Assembly (NCBI GenBank): GCA_965261085.1 | Contig: OZ253442.1 | Span: forward strand, 3,488,001 to 3,552,000 | DNA from: a bacterium | GTDB lineage: Bacteria; UBA8248 | Length of the DNA stretch: 64,000 bases | Reading direction: 5' to 3' | Part shown: piece by piece, positions 52,724 through 64,000 of the stretch | Layout of the letters: every line of letters begins with the position of its first letter | Position numbering within the stretch: position 1 is the first letter of the stretch | Notes under the pieces: generated by a model | Databases searched by the model: none | Seen by the model: only the letters and a program-made list of their open reading frames with translations | Told to the model about the DNA's origin: nothing | Translations under genes and position numbers: made by a program

Positions 52724-53398
52724 CTATCTCTCGGACTCGGGCCTGCCCCCGCGTCCGAATCGGCGTGCGAGTTCCGCAAAAACCCGACCGGGCGGCACGT
52801 CGTGCGCGGCCATCCCCACCAGAGCGTGGAACCACAAATCGGCTACCTCGTTCGTAATCGCCCCCACGTCGCCGTCTTTCATCGCCATGACGACCTCGGT
52901 GGCTTCTTCGCCTATCTTCTTCAGTATCCGATCCTCGCCCTTGGAGAACAGGCGCGCCACGTAGCTCGAATCCGTATCGCCCGCCTCTTTTCTCTCCAGG
53001 ATCAGGCGATAGATCGATTCGAGCAGGTTCTGATCGAAATCGAGCGCCGCCTCACCCCCTTCCTGCCCGGGTGTGAGAACTTCGTTGAAAAAACACGACA
53101 TCCGGTTCGTGTGGCAGGCCGGCCCGTCGGGCTTGACGATGAACACCAGCGCATCCGCATCGCAATCGAGCCTCGCCGAGACCAGGCGCAGATAATTTCC
53201 CGACGTTTCGCCCTTGTGCCAAAGCTCCTCGCGAGAGCGGGACCAGAAGTGGACGGTTCCCTTCTCCAGCGTAAGCCTGAGCGATTCCTCGTTCACCCAG
53301 GCGAGGGTCAGGACCTGTCCCGTCCCAGCATCCTGGCAAATGGCGGGGGCCAGACCCTGCTCGTTCCACTTGATCTCGGGGATTTCTATTTCACTCAC
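52724..53398 (-). CDS. hisIE: Bifunctional phosphoribosyl-AMP cyclohydrolase / phosphoribosyl-ATP pyrophosphatase
   Basis: [34 protein letters not shown]. Confidence 0.96.
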   Translation of the reverse strand: MSEIEIPEIKWNEQGLAPAICQDAGTGQVLTLAWVNEESLRLTLEKGTVHFWSRSREELWHKGETSGNYLRLVSARLDCDADALVFIVKPDGPACHTNRMSCFFNEVLTPGQEGGEAALDFDQNLLESIYRLILERKEAGDTDSSYVARLFSKGEDRILKKIGEEATEVVMAMKDGDVGAITNEVADLWFHALVGMAAHDVPPGRVFAELARRFGRGGRPESER

Positions 53399-54165
53399 AG
53401 CCTCACCTCCACGCCGCGCTCGCGCAGATAGACTTTCACCTCCTCCACCGAGTAATCGCCGAAATGAAATATCGAAGCGGCCAGAACGGCGTCGGCGCAG
53501 CCCTCCTCCAGACCCTCGTAGAGATGCTCCAGATTCCCCACGCCGCCCGAAGCGATGACGGGCACGCTCACCCGCTCCGCAATCGTGCGAGTGAGCGCGA
53601 GATCGTAGCCGTCCTTGGTTCCGTCCCTGTCCATGCTGGTGAGGAGAATCTCGCCTGCGCCCAATTCACACGCCTCCTCCGCCCAGGCCACGGCATCCTT
53701 GCCCGTGGGGCGCGAACCCCCGTGCGTGAAGGCCTCCCACCGGAGCGTATCCGCATCGCCCGAGACGCGCTTGGCGTCTATGGCGCACACGATGGTGGAA
53801 CTCCCGTAGCGCTCCGCCGAGCGTTTGAGGACGCCCGGGTCCCTGAGAGCCGCACTGTTGACGCTCACCTTGTCCGCCCCCGCTCTCAGTAAATCGCGCA
53901 CGTCTTCTTCCTCGCGCACGCCGCCGCCCACCGTGAGGGGAACGAACACGCGCTCCGCCGTGCGGCGCACCATGTCGAGCAGGGTGCCGCGCTTTTCCTT
54001 GGAAGCCGTGATGTCGAGAAAACAGATCTCATCCGCTCCCATCTCATCATAATGCGCGGCGCACTCCACGGGGTCGCCCGCGTCGCGCAGACCCTCGAAA
54101 TTCACGCCCTTCACCACACGGCCTTCCTTGACGTCGAGACAGGGAATGATTCGCTTCGCTAGCAA
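53395..54165 (-). CDS. hisF: Imidazole glycerol phosphate synthase subunit HisF
   Basis: [30 protein letters not shown]. Confidence 0.97.
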   Translation of the reverse strand: MLAKRIIPCLDVKEGRVVKGVNFEGLRDAGDPVECAAHYDEMGADEICFLDITASKEKRGTLLDMVRRTAERVFVPLTVGGGVREEEDVRDLLRAGADKVSVNSAALRDPGVLKRSAERYGSSTIVCAIDAKRVSGDADTLRWEAFTHGGSRPTGKDAVAWAEEACELGAGEILLTSMDRDGTKDGYDLALTRTIAERVSVPVIASGGVGNLEHLYEGLEEGCADAVLAASIFHFGDYSVEEVKVYLRERGVEVRL

Positions 54166-54884
54166 GAGAGCATCTCCATCGCCTTTGGGAAATCCATGGT
54201 TCCTTCATAGAGGGCGCGTCCCACGACGGCGCCGATGACGCCTTTATTCTCAAGGCGAATGAGTTTTTCCACATCCTCTAGCCTGCTCACACCCCCTGCG
54301 GCGATGACGGGCAGGCCGCAGGCCTCGGCGAGCGCGGCGGTGGGACCGGGGTCGAAACCCTCCAGGGTGCCGTCTCGCCTGATGTCGGTGAAAATGATTC
54401 CCGCCAGGGGAAGATGGGCGAACCGGTTCGCCAGCGACTCGGGCGATACCGAGTCCCCTTCCTCCCAGCCCGAGATTCTGACTTCCCCGTCCTTGGCGTC
54501 AATGCCCAACAGAATTTTTCCGGGATTCGCGCGGGCGGCGGATTCCAAGAATTCAGGATTCCTGAGCGCGCTCGTGCCCAGGATGACGAAACTCGCCCCC
54601 GCCTCGAGCACGGCCGCAAGCGATTCCTCGGAACGCACGCCGCCGCCGAATTCCACGGGAACGTCCACCGCCTCCGCCACCTGCGCCAGAACGTCGACGT
54701 GGACGGGCGCGCCACTAAAAGCGCCGTCGAGATCGATGAGATGAAGCCGCTGCGCGCCTTGCTCAACCCAGCGCAAGGCCCACGCCACCGGGTCGTCGCC
54801 GTAGACGATCTCGCGTCCTTTCTGGCCCTGGATGAGGCGCACGCATTTACCGCCCTTGAGATCGACCGCCGGAATGAGAAGCAA
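54159..54884 (-). CDS. hisA: ProFAR isomerase
   Basis: [35 protein letters not shown]. Confidence 0.96.
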   Translation of the reverse strand: MLLIPAVDLKGGKCVRLIQGQKGREIVYGDDPVAWALRWVEQGAQRLHLIDLDGAFSGAPVHVDVLAQVAEAVDVPVEFGGGVRSEESLAAVLEAGASFVILGTSALRNPEFLESAARANPGKILLGIDAKDGEVRISGWEEGDSVSPESLANRFAHLPLAGIIFTDIRRDGTLEGFDPGPTAALAEACGLPVIAAGGVSRLEDVEKLIRLENKGVIGAVVGRALYEGTMDFPKAMEMLSC

Positions 54885-55017
54885 AACGCCACCCCCGAGA
54901 TGAATTTCCCGCAACTCTTGCGCCTCTCATTAAACCCAAACGGGTTTTATTGCAAATGCTTATGAGAATTTATCCCAGAAAAACATCGCCTGAGGGTGAG
55001 ACGATTCGATGTCGCCC

Positions 55018-55680
55018 CTATGAGGTTTGATGCGCGCTGCAGATGTCGACGAATTTCCTCAAAATCCCCAAACCGAGCGCGCCGCTTTTCTCGGGGTGAA
55101 ACTGGGTGGCGAAGAGGTTGCCCCTGTGGACGCTGGCGATGAAGGGCACGCCGAAATCACACGTCGCCGCAATCCAGGGCTGCGCCGCCTCGGAGGGCTC
55201 CGCATAGTAGGAGTGAACGAAATAGAAATGCGCGCCGCTCGGCACGCCCGCGAGAATCGGGGAGTGACTCTCAAACCGCGGCTGGTTCCAGCCCATGTGG
55301 GGGACCTTCAAAGGCAGCGCGCCGCCGTTTTCCATCATCCCCTCGGGGAAACGCCTCACGCGCCCGGGCAGGATGCCCAGACCCGGCGTCGAGCCGAACT
55401 CCTCGCTTTCTTCAAAAAGAATCTGGAGGCCCAAGCATATCCCGAGGTAGGGCACGCCGCGTTCGATGGCGCAGCGCAAAGGTCCGGTGAGGCCGGCGTC
55501 CTCCAGAGCGCGCATGCAATCCGGAAAACCGCCCACCCCCGGCAGGATGACGCCCGCCGCCGCCGCCAGGACCTCAGGGTCGTCACTCAGCACCGCCTTT
55601 GCACCTATTTTGGCCAGCGCGTTCCTCACGCTCAGGACGTTTCCCATGCCGTAGTCGACCACGACGATCTCGGCCGTCAT
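55018..55680 (-). CDS. hisH: Imidazole glycerol phosphate synthase subunit HisH
   Basis: DYGMGN, LGICLGLQ, PHMGWN, QFHPEKS. Confidence 0.96.
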   Translation of the reverse strand: MTAEIVVVDYGMGNVLSVRNALAKIGAKAVLSDDPEVLAAAAGVILPGVGGFPDCMRALEDAGLTGPLRCAIERGVPYLGICLGLQILFEESEEFGSTPGLGILPGRVRRFPEGMMENGGALPLKVPHMGWNQPRFESHSPILAGVPSGAHFYFVHSYYAEPSEAAQPWIAATCDFGVPFIASVHRGNLFATQFHPEKSGALGLGILRKFVDICSAHQTS

Positions 55681-55717
55681 ACCACTCCCCCTAGTGATGC
55701 GACCCCAAAAGGCCGCC

Positions 55718-56320
55718 TCATAAAACGCCCTTGGTGCTGGGCACGCTCGTGTCTCTCGGATCGAGCGAAACCCCGGCCCGCAACGCCCGCGCGAAGCCCT
55801 TGAAGACGGCTTCCACCATGTGGTGGCTGTTGTCCCCGTAGCAGACCTCGACGTGGAGGTCGACTCCCGCATGGGTGGCCACCGACCAGAAGAACTCGCG
55901 CACGAGCGAGGTGTCGAACTCGCCGATTTGCGCTTCGGGAAACGCGGCGCGGAAGACGAGGTTTCCTCTGCCGCCGAAATCCGCCGCCACGTGAACGAGC
56001 GCGTCCATCATGGGCAGGCGCACGTCGGCGTAGCGGGTGATGCCCGCCCGATCGCCGAGCGCCTTCGCCAGCGTCTGCCCCAGGATGATGCCCACGTCCT
56101 CCACAGTGTGGTGGCCGTCGACGTCGAGGTCTCCCTTGCCGCGAACGCTCAAATCCACCAGCCCGTGGCGGGCGATCTGGGCGAGCATGTGATCGAAAAA
56201 ACCGATGCCTGTATTGATTTCGGCCTCGCCCGCGCCGTCCAGGTTGATAGCGACGGAAAAGTCGGTTTCCTTCGTTTTTCTGCTCACACGCGCTTTTCTC
56301 TGCTTGGTTCTCGACGCCAC
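55718..56320 (-). CDS. hisB: Imidazoleglycerol-phosphate dehydratase
   Basis: [32 protein letters not shown]. Confidence 0.96.
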   Translation of the reverse strand: MASRTKQRKARVSRKTKETDFSVAINLDGAGEAEINTGIGFFDHMLAQIARHGLVDLSVRGKGDLDVDGHHTVEDVGIILGQTLAKALGDRAGITRYADVRLPMMDALVHVAADFGGRGNLVFRAAFPEAQIGEFDTSLVREFFWSVATHAGVDLHVEVCYGDNSHHMVEAVFKGFARALRAGVSLDPRDTSVPSTKGVL

Positions 56321-56414
56321 CTTCTCTCTCCCGGTGGATGGAAAATTTCAGTGAAAACGCCGCCTTTCGGCAGTGCGATTATGCTTGATCCGCGCCCGAC
56401 CCGCCAGCGTCCCC

Positions 56415-57710
56415 TCAGGAGGCGCCGCGCCTCAAGCGCAAGGCCCGCGCGTGCGCGGGCAGGCCTTCCAGATCGGCGAGCCTCGCCGCAGGCTCGGCCA
56501 GCCGCACGGCGGCCTGCTCGTCGAAACACACCTTGCTCGTCCATTTGATGAAATCATACACCCCGAGCGGCGAGGCGAAGCGCGCCGCTCCTCCGGTGGG
56601 AAGCACGTGGTTGGGACCTGCGATGTAATCCCCTAAGGGAACCGGACTCCACGGCCCACAAAATACGGCCCCGGCATTGCGAATCCCCCGGGCCGCCTCT
56701 TCCGCGCGCTCCATCAATATCTCCAGATGCTCTGGCGCAAGCATCTCCGCCACCTCGATCGCCTGCTCGCGCGAGGCCACCTCGATGATGGCGCCGCGAT
56801 TCTCCAAAGCCTGCGCTATCTCCTCGCTCCTCACAGCGATGCGCAACTGGCTCTCCGTCTCCCGCTCCAGAGCATCCGCTACTTCCGCGCCTAAGCAAAC
56901 GCCCACCGCCATCGCCTGCGCGTCGTGCTCGGCCTGGGCGAGCAGGTCCGCCGCCGCCCACTCGGCCAGAGCCGCATCGTCCAAGAGCACGACCACCTCG
57001 CTCGGCCCCGCCTCCTTGTCGATTTCCACGCGCCCGCGCACGATGCGCTTGGCTGCTGCGACGTATACGTTGCCCGGCCCCACAATCTTGTCCACACGGG
57101 GGACGCTCCTCGTGCCGTAGGCCATGGCGGCGACCGCCTGCGCCCCGCCTACGCGCACGACGCGCTCAAGACCCGCCAGATGGGCCGCCGCCAGCACTGC
57201 GGCGGGCACCTCGCCGTTTGGACCCGGCGGCGTGCACAGAACCAACTCGCCGACACCCGCTACGCGCGCGGGAACCGCGTTCATGAGCACCGTGGAGGGA
57301 TAGGCCGCCGTGCCGCCCGGCGCATAGAGACCCACGCTCGTGAGCGCTGTGGGCTCGAGCGAAAGCCGCTCGCCGGGTGTTTGCTCCACCATAATTTTTC
57401 GGGGACCCTGCGCCTCGTGGAACGCGCGAATCCGCTCCTCGGCGAGCTTTAGGGCGTCGAGCGTCTCGGGCGGCAGCGCCTCGAGCGCGCGCGCCATCTC
57501 CTCTGGGCCTACGACGAGGCTCTCGGGGTCGAGAGAAACGCCGTCGAACTTTTTCGTCAGTTCGACGAGGGCGTCGTCGCCTCCTGCGCGCACGCGCTCG
57601 ATGATCGCGCGCACGCCGTCCTCTACGCGGGAAAAGGCATCCTCCCCGCTCAAGGAAAGTCGTTCGATCTCGGCGCCGAAGTTCTCCGCCCCGTAGCTGA
57701 AACGCCTCAC
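56415..57710 (-). CDS. hisD: Histidinol dehydrogenase
   Basis: GLYAPGG, GPGNVYV, AGPSE, QAEHD, APEHLE, NHVLPT. Confidence 0.96.
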   Translation of the reverse strand: MRRFSYGAENFGAEIERLSLSGEDAFSRVEDGVRAIIERVRAGGDDALVELTKKFDGVSLDPESLVVGPEEMARALEALPPETLDALKLAEERIRAFHEAQGPRKIMVEQTPGERLSLEPTALTSVGLYAPGGTAAYPSTVLMNAVPARVAGVGELVLCTPPGPNGEVPAAVLAAAHLAGLERVVRVGGAQAVAAMAYGTRSVPRVDKIVGPGNVYVAAAKRIVRGRVEIDKEAGPSEVVVLLDDAALAEWAAADLLAQAEHDAQAMAVGVCLGAEVADALERETESQLRIAVRSEEIAQALENRGAIIEVASREQAIEVAEMLAPEHLEILMERAEEAARGIRNAGAVFCGPWSPVPLGDYIAGPNHVLPTGGAARFASPLGVYDFIKWTSKVCFDEQAAVRLAEPAARLADLEGLPAHARALRLRRGAS

Positions 57711-58417
57711 GCCTTCTCCTCACCGGAAGATGGCCTCTCACCATTGCCGGAGCGGTTCACGGCGGGGGGAATCACCCTCTTCAACTGTTCGATTATCGCG
57801 CTCACCTTCTTGTAGTTCGTCTTCAAGCTCGCCCGGTTGGCGATGAGCCTGGCCGTCGCGCTGAATATCTCGCGAATCGGGACCAGCCCATTGGCCCGAA
57901 GCGTTCCTCCGGTGTCCACCAAATCCACAATCAGGTCCGCCACCCCCGTGGCGGGCGCGATTTCCACGTTGCCGTACAGGCGGATGATCTTGGCCTGAAC
58001 CCCCATCCGCTCGAAAAAGCGGGTGGTGATGGCGGGAAATTTCGTCGCCACGCGCAGCGAAATTCGTCTGGTCAAATCCTCCCAGGCAATACCCTCGGGC
58101 GCAGCCACCATGAGGCGGCACGGCGCCATGTTCATGTCCAGGGGTTCGTATACGTCGCGCCCCTGTTCGAGCAATACGTCGCGCCCGATTATTCCCAAGT
58201 CTGCCGCGCCGCGCTCCACGTAGATGGGCACGTCGTGATTCCTGAGAATCAGGACCCGGATACCCGTTTTCGGGTCACGCAGGATGAGCTTTCGGGACTT
58301 ATCCGAGATCGACTTGGACAAGACTCCCGCCTTCACCAGACATTCGGTGGCTTCTGAGAAAATTCTCCCCTTGGGCAGGGCGATGATCAATTCTTTTTCC
58401 TGATTCTCTTTCATCAC
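57707..58417 (-). CDS. hisG: ATP phosphoribosyltransferase, short form (needs HisZ)
   Basis: ALPKGR, VATKFP, IVDLVDTGGTLRANGL. No C-terminal regulatory domain. Confidence 0.94.
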   Translation of the reverse strand: MMKENQEKELIIALPKGRIFSEATECLVKAGVLSKSISDKSRKLILRDPKTGIRVLILRNHDVPIYVERGAADLGIIGRDVLLEQGRDVYEPLDMNMAPCRLMVAAPEGIAWEDLTRRISLRVATKFPAITTRFFERMGVQAKIIRLYGNVEIAPATGVADLIVDLVDTGGTLRANGLVPIREIFSATARLIANRASLKTNYKKVSAIIEQLKRVIPPAVNRSGNGERPSSGEEKA

Positions 58418-59673
58418 GACTCCACTTCGCGCCGGATATCCGCGCCGAGTTCTCTCAACCTCTCCTCGAGCCGCTGATATCCCCTGTCGATATGATATAC
58501 GTTGCGAACAATAGTTTCTCCATGAGCCGCCAGACCCGCCAGAACCAGCGAGGCGCTCGCCCTCAAGTCGGTCGCCGTGACCGAGGCTCCGGCGAGATGC
58601 GCCACGCCTTCGATGTGGGCCGTCCGACCGTCGATATGAATCCGCGCGTTCATTCTGGCGAGCTCGGCGGCGTGCATGAAGCGATTCTCGAAAATGGTCT
58701 CCGTGAGCACGCAGGTTCCGCCCGCCAGCGTCATCAACGCCATGAACTGGGCTTGTAAATCCGTGGGGAATCCGGGATAGGGCGCCGTCTTCACGTTTAC
58801 GGGCCGCACGGAGCCATCACCCCTCACGCGAATCCAGTCCTCGCCTTCAGAAACTTCCAGACCCGCTTCGCACAACTTGTGCGTAAGCGCGTGCATCTGT
58901 TCGGGCTCGCAATTTCTTATCGTCAACTCCCCTCCCGTGATGGCCGCCGCAATCATCAAGGTTCCCACCTCGATGCGGTCCGCGGGAACGGCCACGTCGT
59001 ATCCCGCGAGGGAATCCACCCCCTCGATTTCAATCACGGGCGTGCCCGCGCCGCTCACCCTGGCGCCCATCTGGTTCAACAAATTCGCGAGCGTCACCAC
59101 CTCGGGCTCCAAGGCCGCGTTTTCCAAAACGGTGACTCCTTTCGCCAGGCAGGCCGCCATCATCAGGTTCTTCGTCCCCGTCACGGTCGTGAGATCGAAC
59201 GATATGCGCGCGCCGGTGAGTTTCCGGGCTTTGGCCTCGATATAGCCCTGCTCTATATGGATGTCCGCCCCCATCGCGATCAGCCCCTTCAAGTGCTGAT
59301 CGATGGGCCTGGCCCCGATGGCGCAGCCGCCCGGAAGTGAGACGCGGGCCGAGCCGAAACGCGCCAGCAAGGGCCCCAGCACCAGTATGGACGCCCGCAT
59401 CGCCTGCACCAGTTCATAGGGCGCGACCCCGCCGGTGATGTTCGTGGCGTCCAGGGAGATGCGCCCGGGCGATTCTTCACGCGTCTTTACGCCGAACTCT
59501 CCCAAAAGCCGCAATATGGTGTTCGTATCGCGCAAGTCCGGGACCCGCCGCGCATGGCTGACGCCATCGGCGAGAATGGCGGCGGCCAAAATCGGCAAAG
59601 AGGCATTCTTGGAACCGGACGCCTCGGCCTCCCCGTGCAGCGGCCTGCCTCCCCGGATTCGAAATCGCTCCAA
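58414..59673 (-). CDS. murA: UDP-GlcNAc 1-carboxyvinyltransferase
   Basis: [33 protein letters not shown]. Confidence 0.97.
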   Translation of the reverse strand: MERFRIRGGRPLHGEAEASGSKNASLPILAAAILADGVSHARRVPDLRDTNTILRLLGEFGVKTREESPGRISLDATNITGGVAPYELVQAMRASILVLGPLLARFGSARVSLPGGCAIGARPIDQHLKGLIAMGADIHIEQGYIEAKARKLTGARISFDLTTVTGTKNLMMAACLAKGVTVLENAALEPEVVTLANLLNQMGARVSGAGTPVIEIEGVDSLAGYDVAVPADRIEVGTLMIAAAITGGELTIRNCEPEQMHALTHKLCEAGLEVSEGEDWIRVRGDGSVRPVNVKTAPYPGFPTDLQAQFMALMTLAGGTCVLTETIFENRFMHAAELARMNARIHIDGRTAHIEGVAHLAGASVTATDLRASASLVLAGLAAHGETIVRNVYHIDRGYQRLEERLRELGADIRREVES

Positions 59674-59676
59674 AAC

Positions 59677-60567
59677 CTAAACCCTCTGAAGTTCCAATAC
59701 CCTCTCGCGCCCGGCGAGATCCGTGCGGCATCTCGCTACGCGATAATTCCCCTGCTCCGCCGATAACGCCTCCGCCACGGCCATCTGGCGCGGGTCCATC
59801 TCGATCAACAAGAACCCCCCGCCCAAGAGGTATCGAGGCGCCTCCTCGATGATGCGCCGGATGAGGTCCATTCCGTCGGCGCCGCCATCCAGAGCGATTC
59901 GCGGCTCGAACGACGCAACCTCCGGCATCAAGCCTGCCAGTTCGCCAGAGGCCACATAGGGCGGGTTCGAGGCGATCAGGTCGAATTTATCTTCGCCGGC
60001 GAGAGCATCAAACAAATCGGAGGCCAGAAACCTCGTTCGGCCTCCGAGACCGAATTTTTTCGCGTTTCGCCTCGCCACGCCGAGCGCTCTTGGGCAGACA
60101 TCGAGCATGGTGACGCGCGCCTCAGCTAATTCGCGCGCAATCGCCAGCCCCACCGCGCCGCTGCCCGCGCATAAGTCCAGGACCCTGTACTCACTCCCTT
60201 TTCCCAATAGCGCCACGGCGCGCTCGACGAGCAACTCGGATTCGGGCCTTGGAATCAGCACGTCCGGCGAAACGAGAAAGGACATGGACCAGAACTCCCG
60301 CTCGCCCCGGATGTAGGCCATCGGCTCGCGCTGGATTCTCCTTTGCGCCAGCGCTTCGACTTGCGCCAGGGCTTCGGCCGGAACCACCTTTTCGGGATAC
60401 GCGTGGAGCTGCGCCCTGCCGCAGCCTAAAACCATCGCCAGGACGAGCCGCGCATCCAGCCCCGGCGCATCCACTCCCGCCCCGGCGAATTGCTCCTCCA
60501 GGCGGGAGAGCATAGCGCACACTTTTGTTCCTGATTCGCTTTGCGCCGCAGGAGGAGAAGTCGTCAT
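59677..60567 (-). CDS. prmC: Release factor glutamine methyltransferase
   Basis: [20 protein letters not shown]. Follows prfA. Confidence 0.95.
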   Translation of the reverse strand: MTTSPPAAQSESGTKVCAMLSRLEEQFAGAGVDAPGLDARLVLAMVLGCGRAQLHAYPEKVVPAEALAQVEALAQRRIQREPMAYIRGEREFWSMSFLVSPDVLIPRPESELLVERAVALLGKGSEYRVLDLCAGSGAVGLAIARELAEARVTMLDVCPRALGVARRNAKKFGLGGRTRFLASDLFDALAGEDKFDLIASNPPYVASGELAGLMPEVASFEPRIALDGGADGMDLIRRIIEEAPRYLLGGGFLLIEMDPRQMAVAEALSAEQGNYRVARCRTDLAGRERVLELQRV

Positions 60568-61655
60568 TCCGGGGAGTGGGCTTCCGTGCTTTCTTCCAGT
60601 TCGGCCAGACGCTCCGCCTCGCGGCTCTCTATCACCCGTTTGACCATCTCGTCGATTCCCCCCTCCATGAACCCAGGAAGACCGTGGAGGGTGAGACCGA
60701 TGCGGTGATCGGTGATTCTGTCCTGGGGGAAGTTGTAGGTCCTTATCCTCTCGCTCCTGTCCCCACTGCCCACGAGGCTTTTCCGTTGCGCCGAACGCTC
60801 GGACATCTGCTTATGGATTTCCATGTCCAGCAGATGGGCCGAGAGGATCTTCATGGCCTTGGCGCGGTTTTTGTGCTGGCTCTTCTCGTCCTGACAGGTG
60901 ACGACGAGGCCGGTGGGCACATGGGTGATGCGGACGGCGGAATCCGTCGTGTTCACGCTCTGGCCACCCGGACCGGAGGAGCGATAGACGTCGATCCGCA
61001 AGTCTTTCTCCCCGATGTTGAGCGCAATCTCGTCCGCTTCGGGTAGCACGGCCACCGTGGCGGCGGATGTGTGAATTCTGCCTTGCGTCTCGGTGACGGG
61101 CACTCTTTGGACGCGATGCGTTCCGCTCTCATAGCGCAGGCGGCTGTAGGCGCCCGCCCCCTTGATCAACGCGGAGACTTCCTTCAAGCCGCCCAAGTCG
61201 CTCCCGCTCTTGCTCAACTCCTCCGCCCTCCAGCCCTGGGCCTCGGCGTAGCGCACGTACATGCGGTACAAATCGGCCGCGAAGAGCGCGGCCTCCCGAC
61301 CGCCCGTGCCCGCGCGAACTTCCAAGATGATGTTTTTCTCATCGTTCGGGTCCCTGGGCAGGAGAAGCTGGCGCAGCCTCTTCTCCACTTCTTCGATCTT
61401 CGCGCCTGCGTCTTCCAGTTCGGCTTGCGCGAGCTTGCTCATCTCCGGGTCCCCGTCCTCGAGCAGAACCTTCGCCTCCTCGATGGCGTCTTCGTATCCG
61501 CGCCATTCCTCATAAGCCTGGACGACCTGGGAGAGTTCCTTGTGCTCGCGCGCGGTCTGCTCGAACTTCTTGCGGTCCTTGAGCAAGGCCGGGTCGGACA
61601 AGCGCATCTCCAGCGTCTGATGTTTTTCGATGATTTGTACGATTTTTTCGAACAT
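60564..61655 (-). CDS. prfA: Peptide chain release factor 1
   Basis: PVT motif, [14 protein letters not shown]. Confidence 0.97.
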   Translation of the reverse strand: MFEKIVQIIEKHQTLEMRLSDPALLKDRKKFEQTAREHKELSQVVQAYEEWRGYEDAIEEAKVLLEDGDPEMSKLAQAELEDAGAKIEEVEKRLRQLLLPRDPNDEKNIILEVRAGTGGREAALFAADLYRMYVRYAEAQGWRAEELSKSGSDLGGLKEVSALIKGAGAYSRLRYESGTHRVQRVPVTETQGRIHTSAATVAVLPEADEIALNIGEKDLRIDVYRSSGPGGQSVNTTDSAVRITHVPTGLVVTCQDEKSQHKNRAKAMKILSAHLLDMEIHKQMSERSAQRKSLVGSGDRSERIRTYNFPQDRITDHRIGLTLHGLPGFMEGGIDEMVKRVIESREAERLAELEESTEAHSPE

Positions 61656-61777
61656 GGGGATCAACCGACGGGCAGCGAATAGGGTGGCCCGGCATGAAGC
61701 CCGGGACCATGAATCCGCGTTTGCCGGGGAGCCGCCGCCCAGGGCAGTCCCCAGGGCAAACACGGGAGGCTCCGGGC

Positions 61778-62326
61778 TTATGAGTCCTCGGGCTTTTCGG
61801 CTTCTCCGCTCGGTTCAGGCGCAGGCGATGCGTCGGGTGAAGCATCATCAACGGCAGCGACCGCCTCGGCATCTTTCGGTTCAGGATCGGGCGAAGCATC
61901 CTCGGCCACGGCAACCGCTTCGGCCTCGACGGATTCTTCTTTCTTCGCCTGGGCCGCTTGCCTGGCGGCGCGCTCCTCAGCCCGCTTCCGCCTGGCTTCT
62001 TCTCTGAGCGCTTTTTCTTCCGCCGCTTTCTCTTCGACCATACGCGCTTCTCTCTCCAGTAAGGCCGCTTTCTCCGCCTCTGCGGAGGCTTGCTTTCTCT
62101 TGCGCTTGGAGACCCGCACCTCCTTGCCTTCGAACTTCTTCATGAATTTTTCTACGCGGCCTTCGGTATCCACGATGCGCGCCTGTTTTCCGGTGAAGAA
62201 CGGATGGCACTGCGAACAAACCTCCACACGTATCTCACTGCGCGTGGAGAACGTCGTGAATTCGGCGCCGCAACCACTGCAGGAAACCCTGCACTCGAAC
62301 AACTCGGGATGAATCTCGGCCTTCAT
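61778..62326 (-). CDS. rpmE: 50S ribosomal protein L31 (Zn-binding type) with long C-terminal extension
   Basis: MKAEIHP, CSGC...[19 protein letters not shown]. rho-rpmE-prfA synteny. Confidence 0.93.
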   Translation of the reverse strand: MKAEIHPELFECRVSCSGCGAEFTTFSTRSEIRVEVCSQCHPFFTGKQARIVDTEGRVEKFMKKFEGKEVRVSKRKRKQASAEAEKAALLEREARMVEEKAAEEKALREEARRKRAEERAARQAAQAKKEESVEAEAVAVAEDASPDPEPKDAEAVAAVDDASPDASPAPEPSGEAEKPEDS

Positions 62327-62440
62327 AACCAGGCGCTCCAAAATCTCGGGGTCGAAATGTCGAAAACAATTCGATAAAAAACGATAAATTGAGGTGGTTT
62401 TTCGATAAATAAACCAGCCTCTCCTCTACTGAGAGAGCGC

Positions 62441-62469
62441 TTTATATCGAAACTCCAGCACCTTGTCTA
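62441..62469 (-). promoter_or_regulatory. Sigma70-type promoter for rpmE
   Basis: TAGACA-17 bp-TATAAA. Confidence 0.55.
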
Positions 62470-62508
62470 CCCCAAAAAACAGGTAAAAACAAGAGGTTGG
62501 CAATACCG

Positions 62509-63801
62509 CTAGTTGTTCATCGAAGCGAGGAAATCCTCGTTCGTCTTCGTTTCCTGGATTTTCTCGAGCAAAAGCTCCATCGAATCCACCACGCCCAGCG
62601 GCTGTAAGACCTTGCGCAACACCCATACGCGGTTGAGTTCCTGCGGGCTGAGCAACAACTCTTCTTTCCTGGTGCCGGACTTGTTGATGTCGACCGAGGG
62701 GAACACGCGCTTGTCGGAAAGTTTCCTGTCAAGGTGAACTTCCATGTTGCCCGTGCCCTTGAACTCCTCGAAAATCACGTCGTCCATCCGGCTGCCCGTC
62801 TCCACCAGGGCCGTAGCGAGAATGGTCAGGCTTCCTCCTTCTTCGAGGTTTCGCGCCGCGCCGAAGAAGCGTTTGGGCCGCTGCAACGCGTTCGAGTCCA
62901 CGCCGCCGGAGAGGACTTTCCCGCTCGGCGAGATGATGGTGTTATGTGCGCGCGCCAACCGTGTGATGGAATCGAGCAAGATGACGACATCCTGCTTGTG
63001 CTCGGTGAGCCTTTTCGCCTTTTCAATCACCATGTCCGCTACCTGGACATGGCGAGACGCCGGCTCGTCGAAGGTCGAACTAATCACTTCCCCGCGCACG
63101 GAGCGCTCCATGTCCGTGACTTCCTCGGGGCGCTCATCGATGAGCAGAACGATCAGATGCACTTCGGGGTGATTCGTCGCGATGCTCTTCGCAATGGACT
63201 GAAGCATCATCGTCTTACCGGTTCGCGGAGCGGCGACGATGAGGCCGCGCTGCCCGAAGCCGATCGGCGTCATGAGGTCCAGCACGCGCGAGCTGACCTC
63301 CTCCCCGGATATTTCGAGCTCTATCCTGCGGTCCGGATACAAGGGAGTCAGGTTATCGAACAGAACCTTGTCCTTGCTCGCTTCGGGGGGCTCGAAATTA
63401 ATCTTTTCGACTTTCAAAAGCGCAAAATACCGCTCCCCCTCTTTGGGCTGGCGAATTTCACCGCTCACCGTATCGCCGGTGCGAAGATCGAAGCGGCGGA
63501 TTTGACTGGGGGAAACATAAATATCGTCAGGACCGGGCAAATAATTGTATGCGGGCGAACGCAAGAACCCGAACCCGTCCGGCAAAATCTCCAGCACGCC
63601 CTCTCCGGTGATGGTTCCACCGCCACCGTTGCGATCCTTGTCGGACTGCGCCTCCAGTATCTTGTAAATCAGATCCTGTTTTCTGAGCCCACTGGCGCTT
63701 TCGGCACTGAACTCCTTTAGAATCTGGTTGAGTTCTCCAATGGTCTTTTTCTTCAGTTCCGCGAGGTTCAAACTGCGAGATTTTGTTTCTGATGTTGCCA
63801 T
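62509..63801 (-). CDS. rho: Transcription termination factor Rho
   Basis: [40 protein letters not shown]. Confidence 0.98.
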   Translation of the reverse strand: MATSETKSRSLNLAELKKKTIGELNQILKEFSAESASGLRKQDLIYKILEAQSDKDRNGGGGTITGEGVLEILPDGFGFLRSPAYNYLPGPDDIYVSPSQIRRFDLRTGDTVSGEIRQPKEGERYFALLKVEKINFEPPEASKDKVLFDNLTPLYPDRRIELEISGEEVSSRVLDLMTPIGFGQRGLIVAAPRTGKTMMLQSIAKSIATNHPEVHLIVLLIDERPEEVTDMERSVRGEVISSTFDEPASRHVQVADMVIEKAKRLTEHKQDVVILLDSITRLARAHNTIISPSGKVLSGGVDSNALQRPKRFFGAARNLEEGGSLTILATALVETGSRMDDVIFEEFKGTGNMEVHLDRKLSDKRVFPSVDINKSGTRKEELLLSPQELNRVWVLRKVLQPLGVVDSMELLLEKIQETKTNEDFLASMNN

Positions 63802-64000
63802 AACTTCCTTCTCCTTGGTTAGGTGGGCACCTGTTACCGCCTGGAACGTGAGATTATGCCTTCTGGTCGCACCACTCGCCACGTTCTGCGCGGGGAGACT
63901 TTTCCTCCTAGCCTCAAGCGGTAAGGTTGATGTGATGAAATTCCTTCATGTTCGATTCAAGAGCAGATTCTCATCGCCGGGTGCGATGCGAAGCGCGCAT

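Noticed and set aside
54930-54950. AAACCC-AAAC-GGGTTT hairpin between hisH and hisA as an attenuator
   Set aside because: Short weak stem with no His-rich leader peptide. It cannot be distinguished from chance or an internal promoter element.

Overview
GC-rich bacterial chromosomal window in two parts. About 13.1-64 kb is core genome read almost entirely on the minus strand: rho-rpmE-prfA-prmC-murA-hisGDBHAF(IE), mutS2-dnaG-rpoD-tRNA(CAT)-Zn ribbon-rnhA-rnpB, ilvA-purH-folC-folP-TauE-panE-panB, an mraZ-to-ftsZ dcw cluster lacking ddl, then pgeF-yggS-proC-yggT-divIVA-yggU-mtnA-tRNA-Asp. By inference the gene order resembles Deltaproteobacteria/Nitrospinota. About 1-13 kb is accessory. It holds an MBL hydrolase followed by a 67-bp tandem repeat that re-encodes its C-terminus, and a putative redox operon (VOC protein, MauG-type diheme peroxidase with a predicted Tyr ligand, diheme and monoheme cytochromes c, and a frameshifted YVTN beta-propeller). 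It also holds two duplicated small membrane-protein cassettes, a CoA-transferase/cupin/FGE-like operon, and a NitT/TauT ABC transporter with a structured intergenic region. The best candidate for an undescribed system is the MauG-like operon, which has no recognisable substrate gene. No transposase, integrase, cas gene, CRISPR array or rRNA was seen. All calls come from reading motifs by eye. No searches were run.
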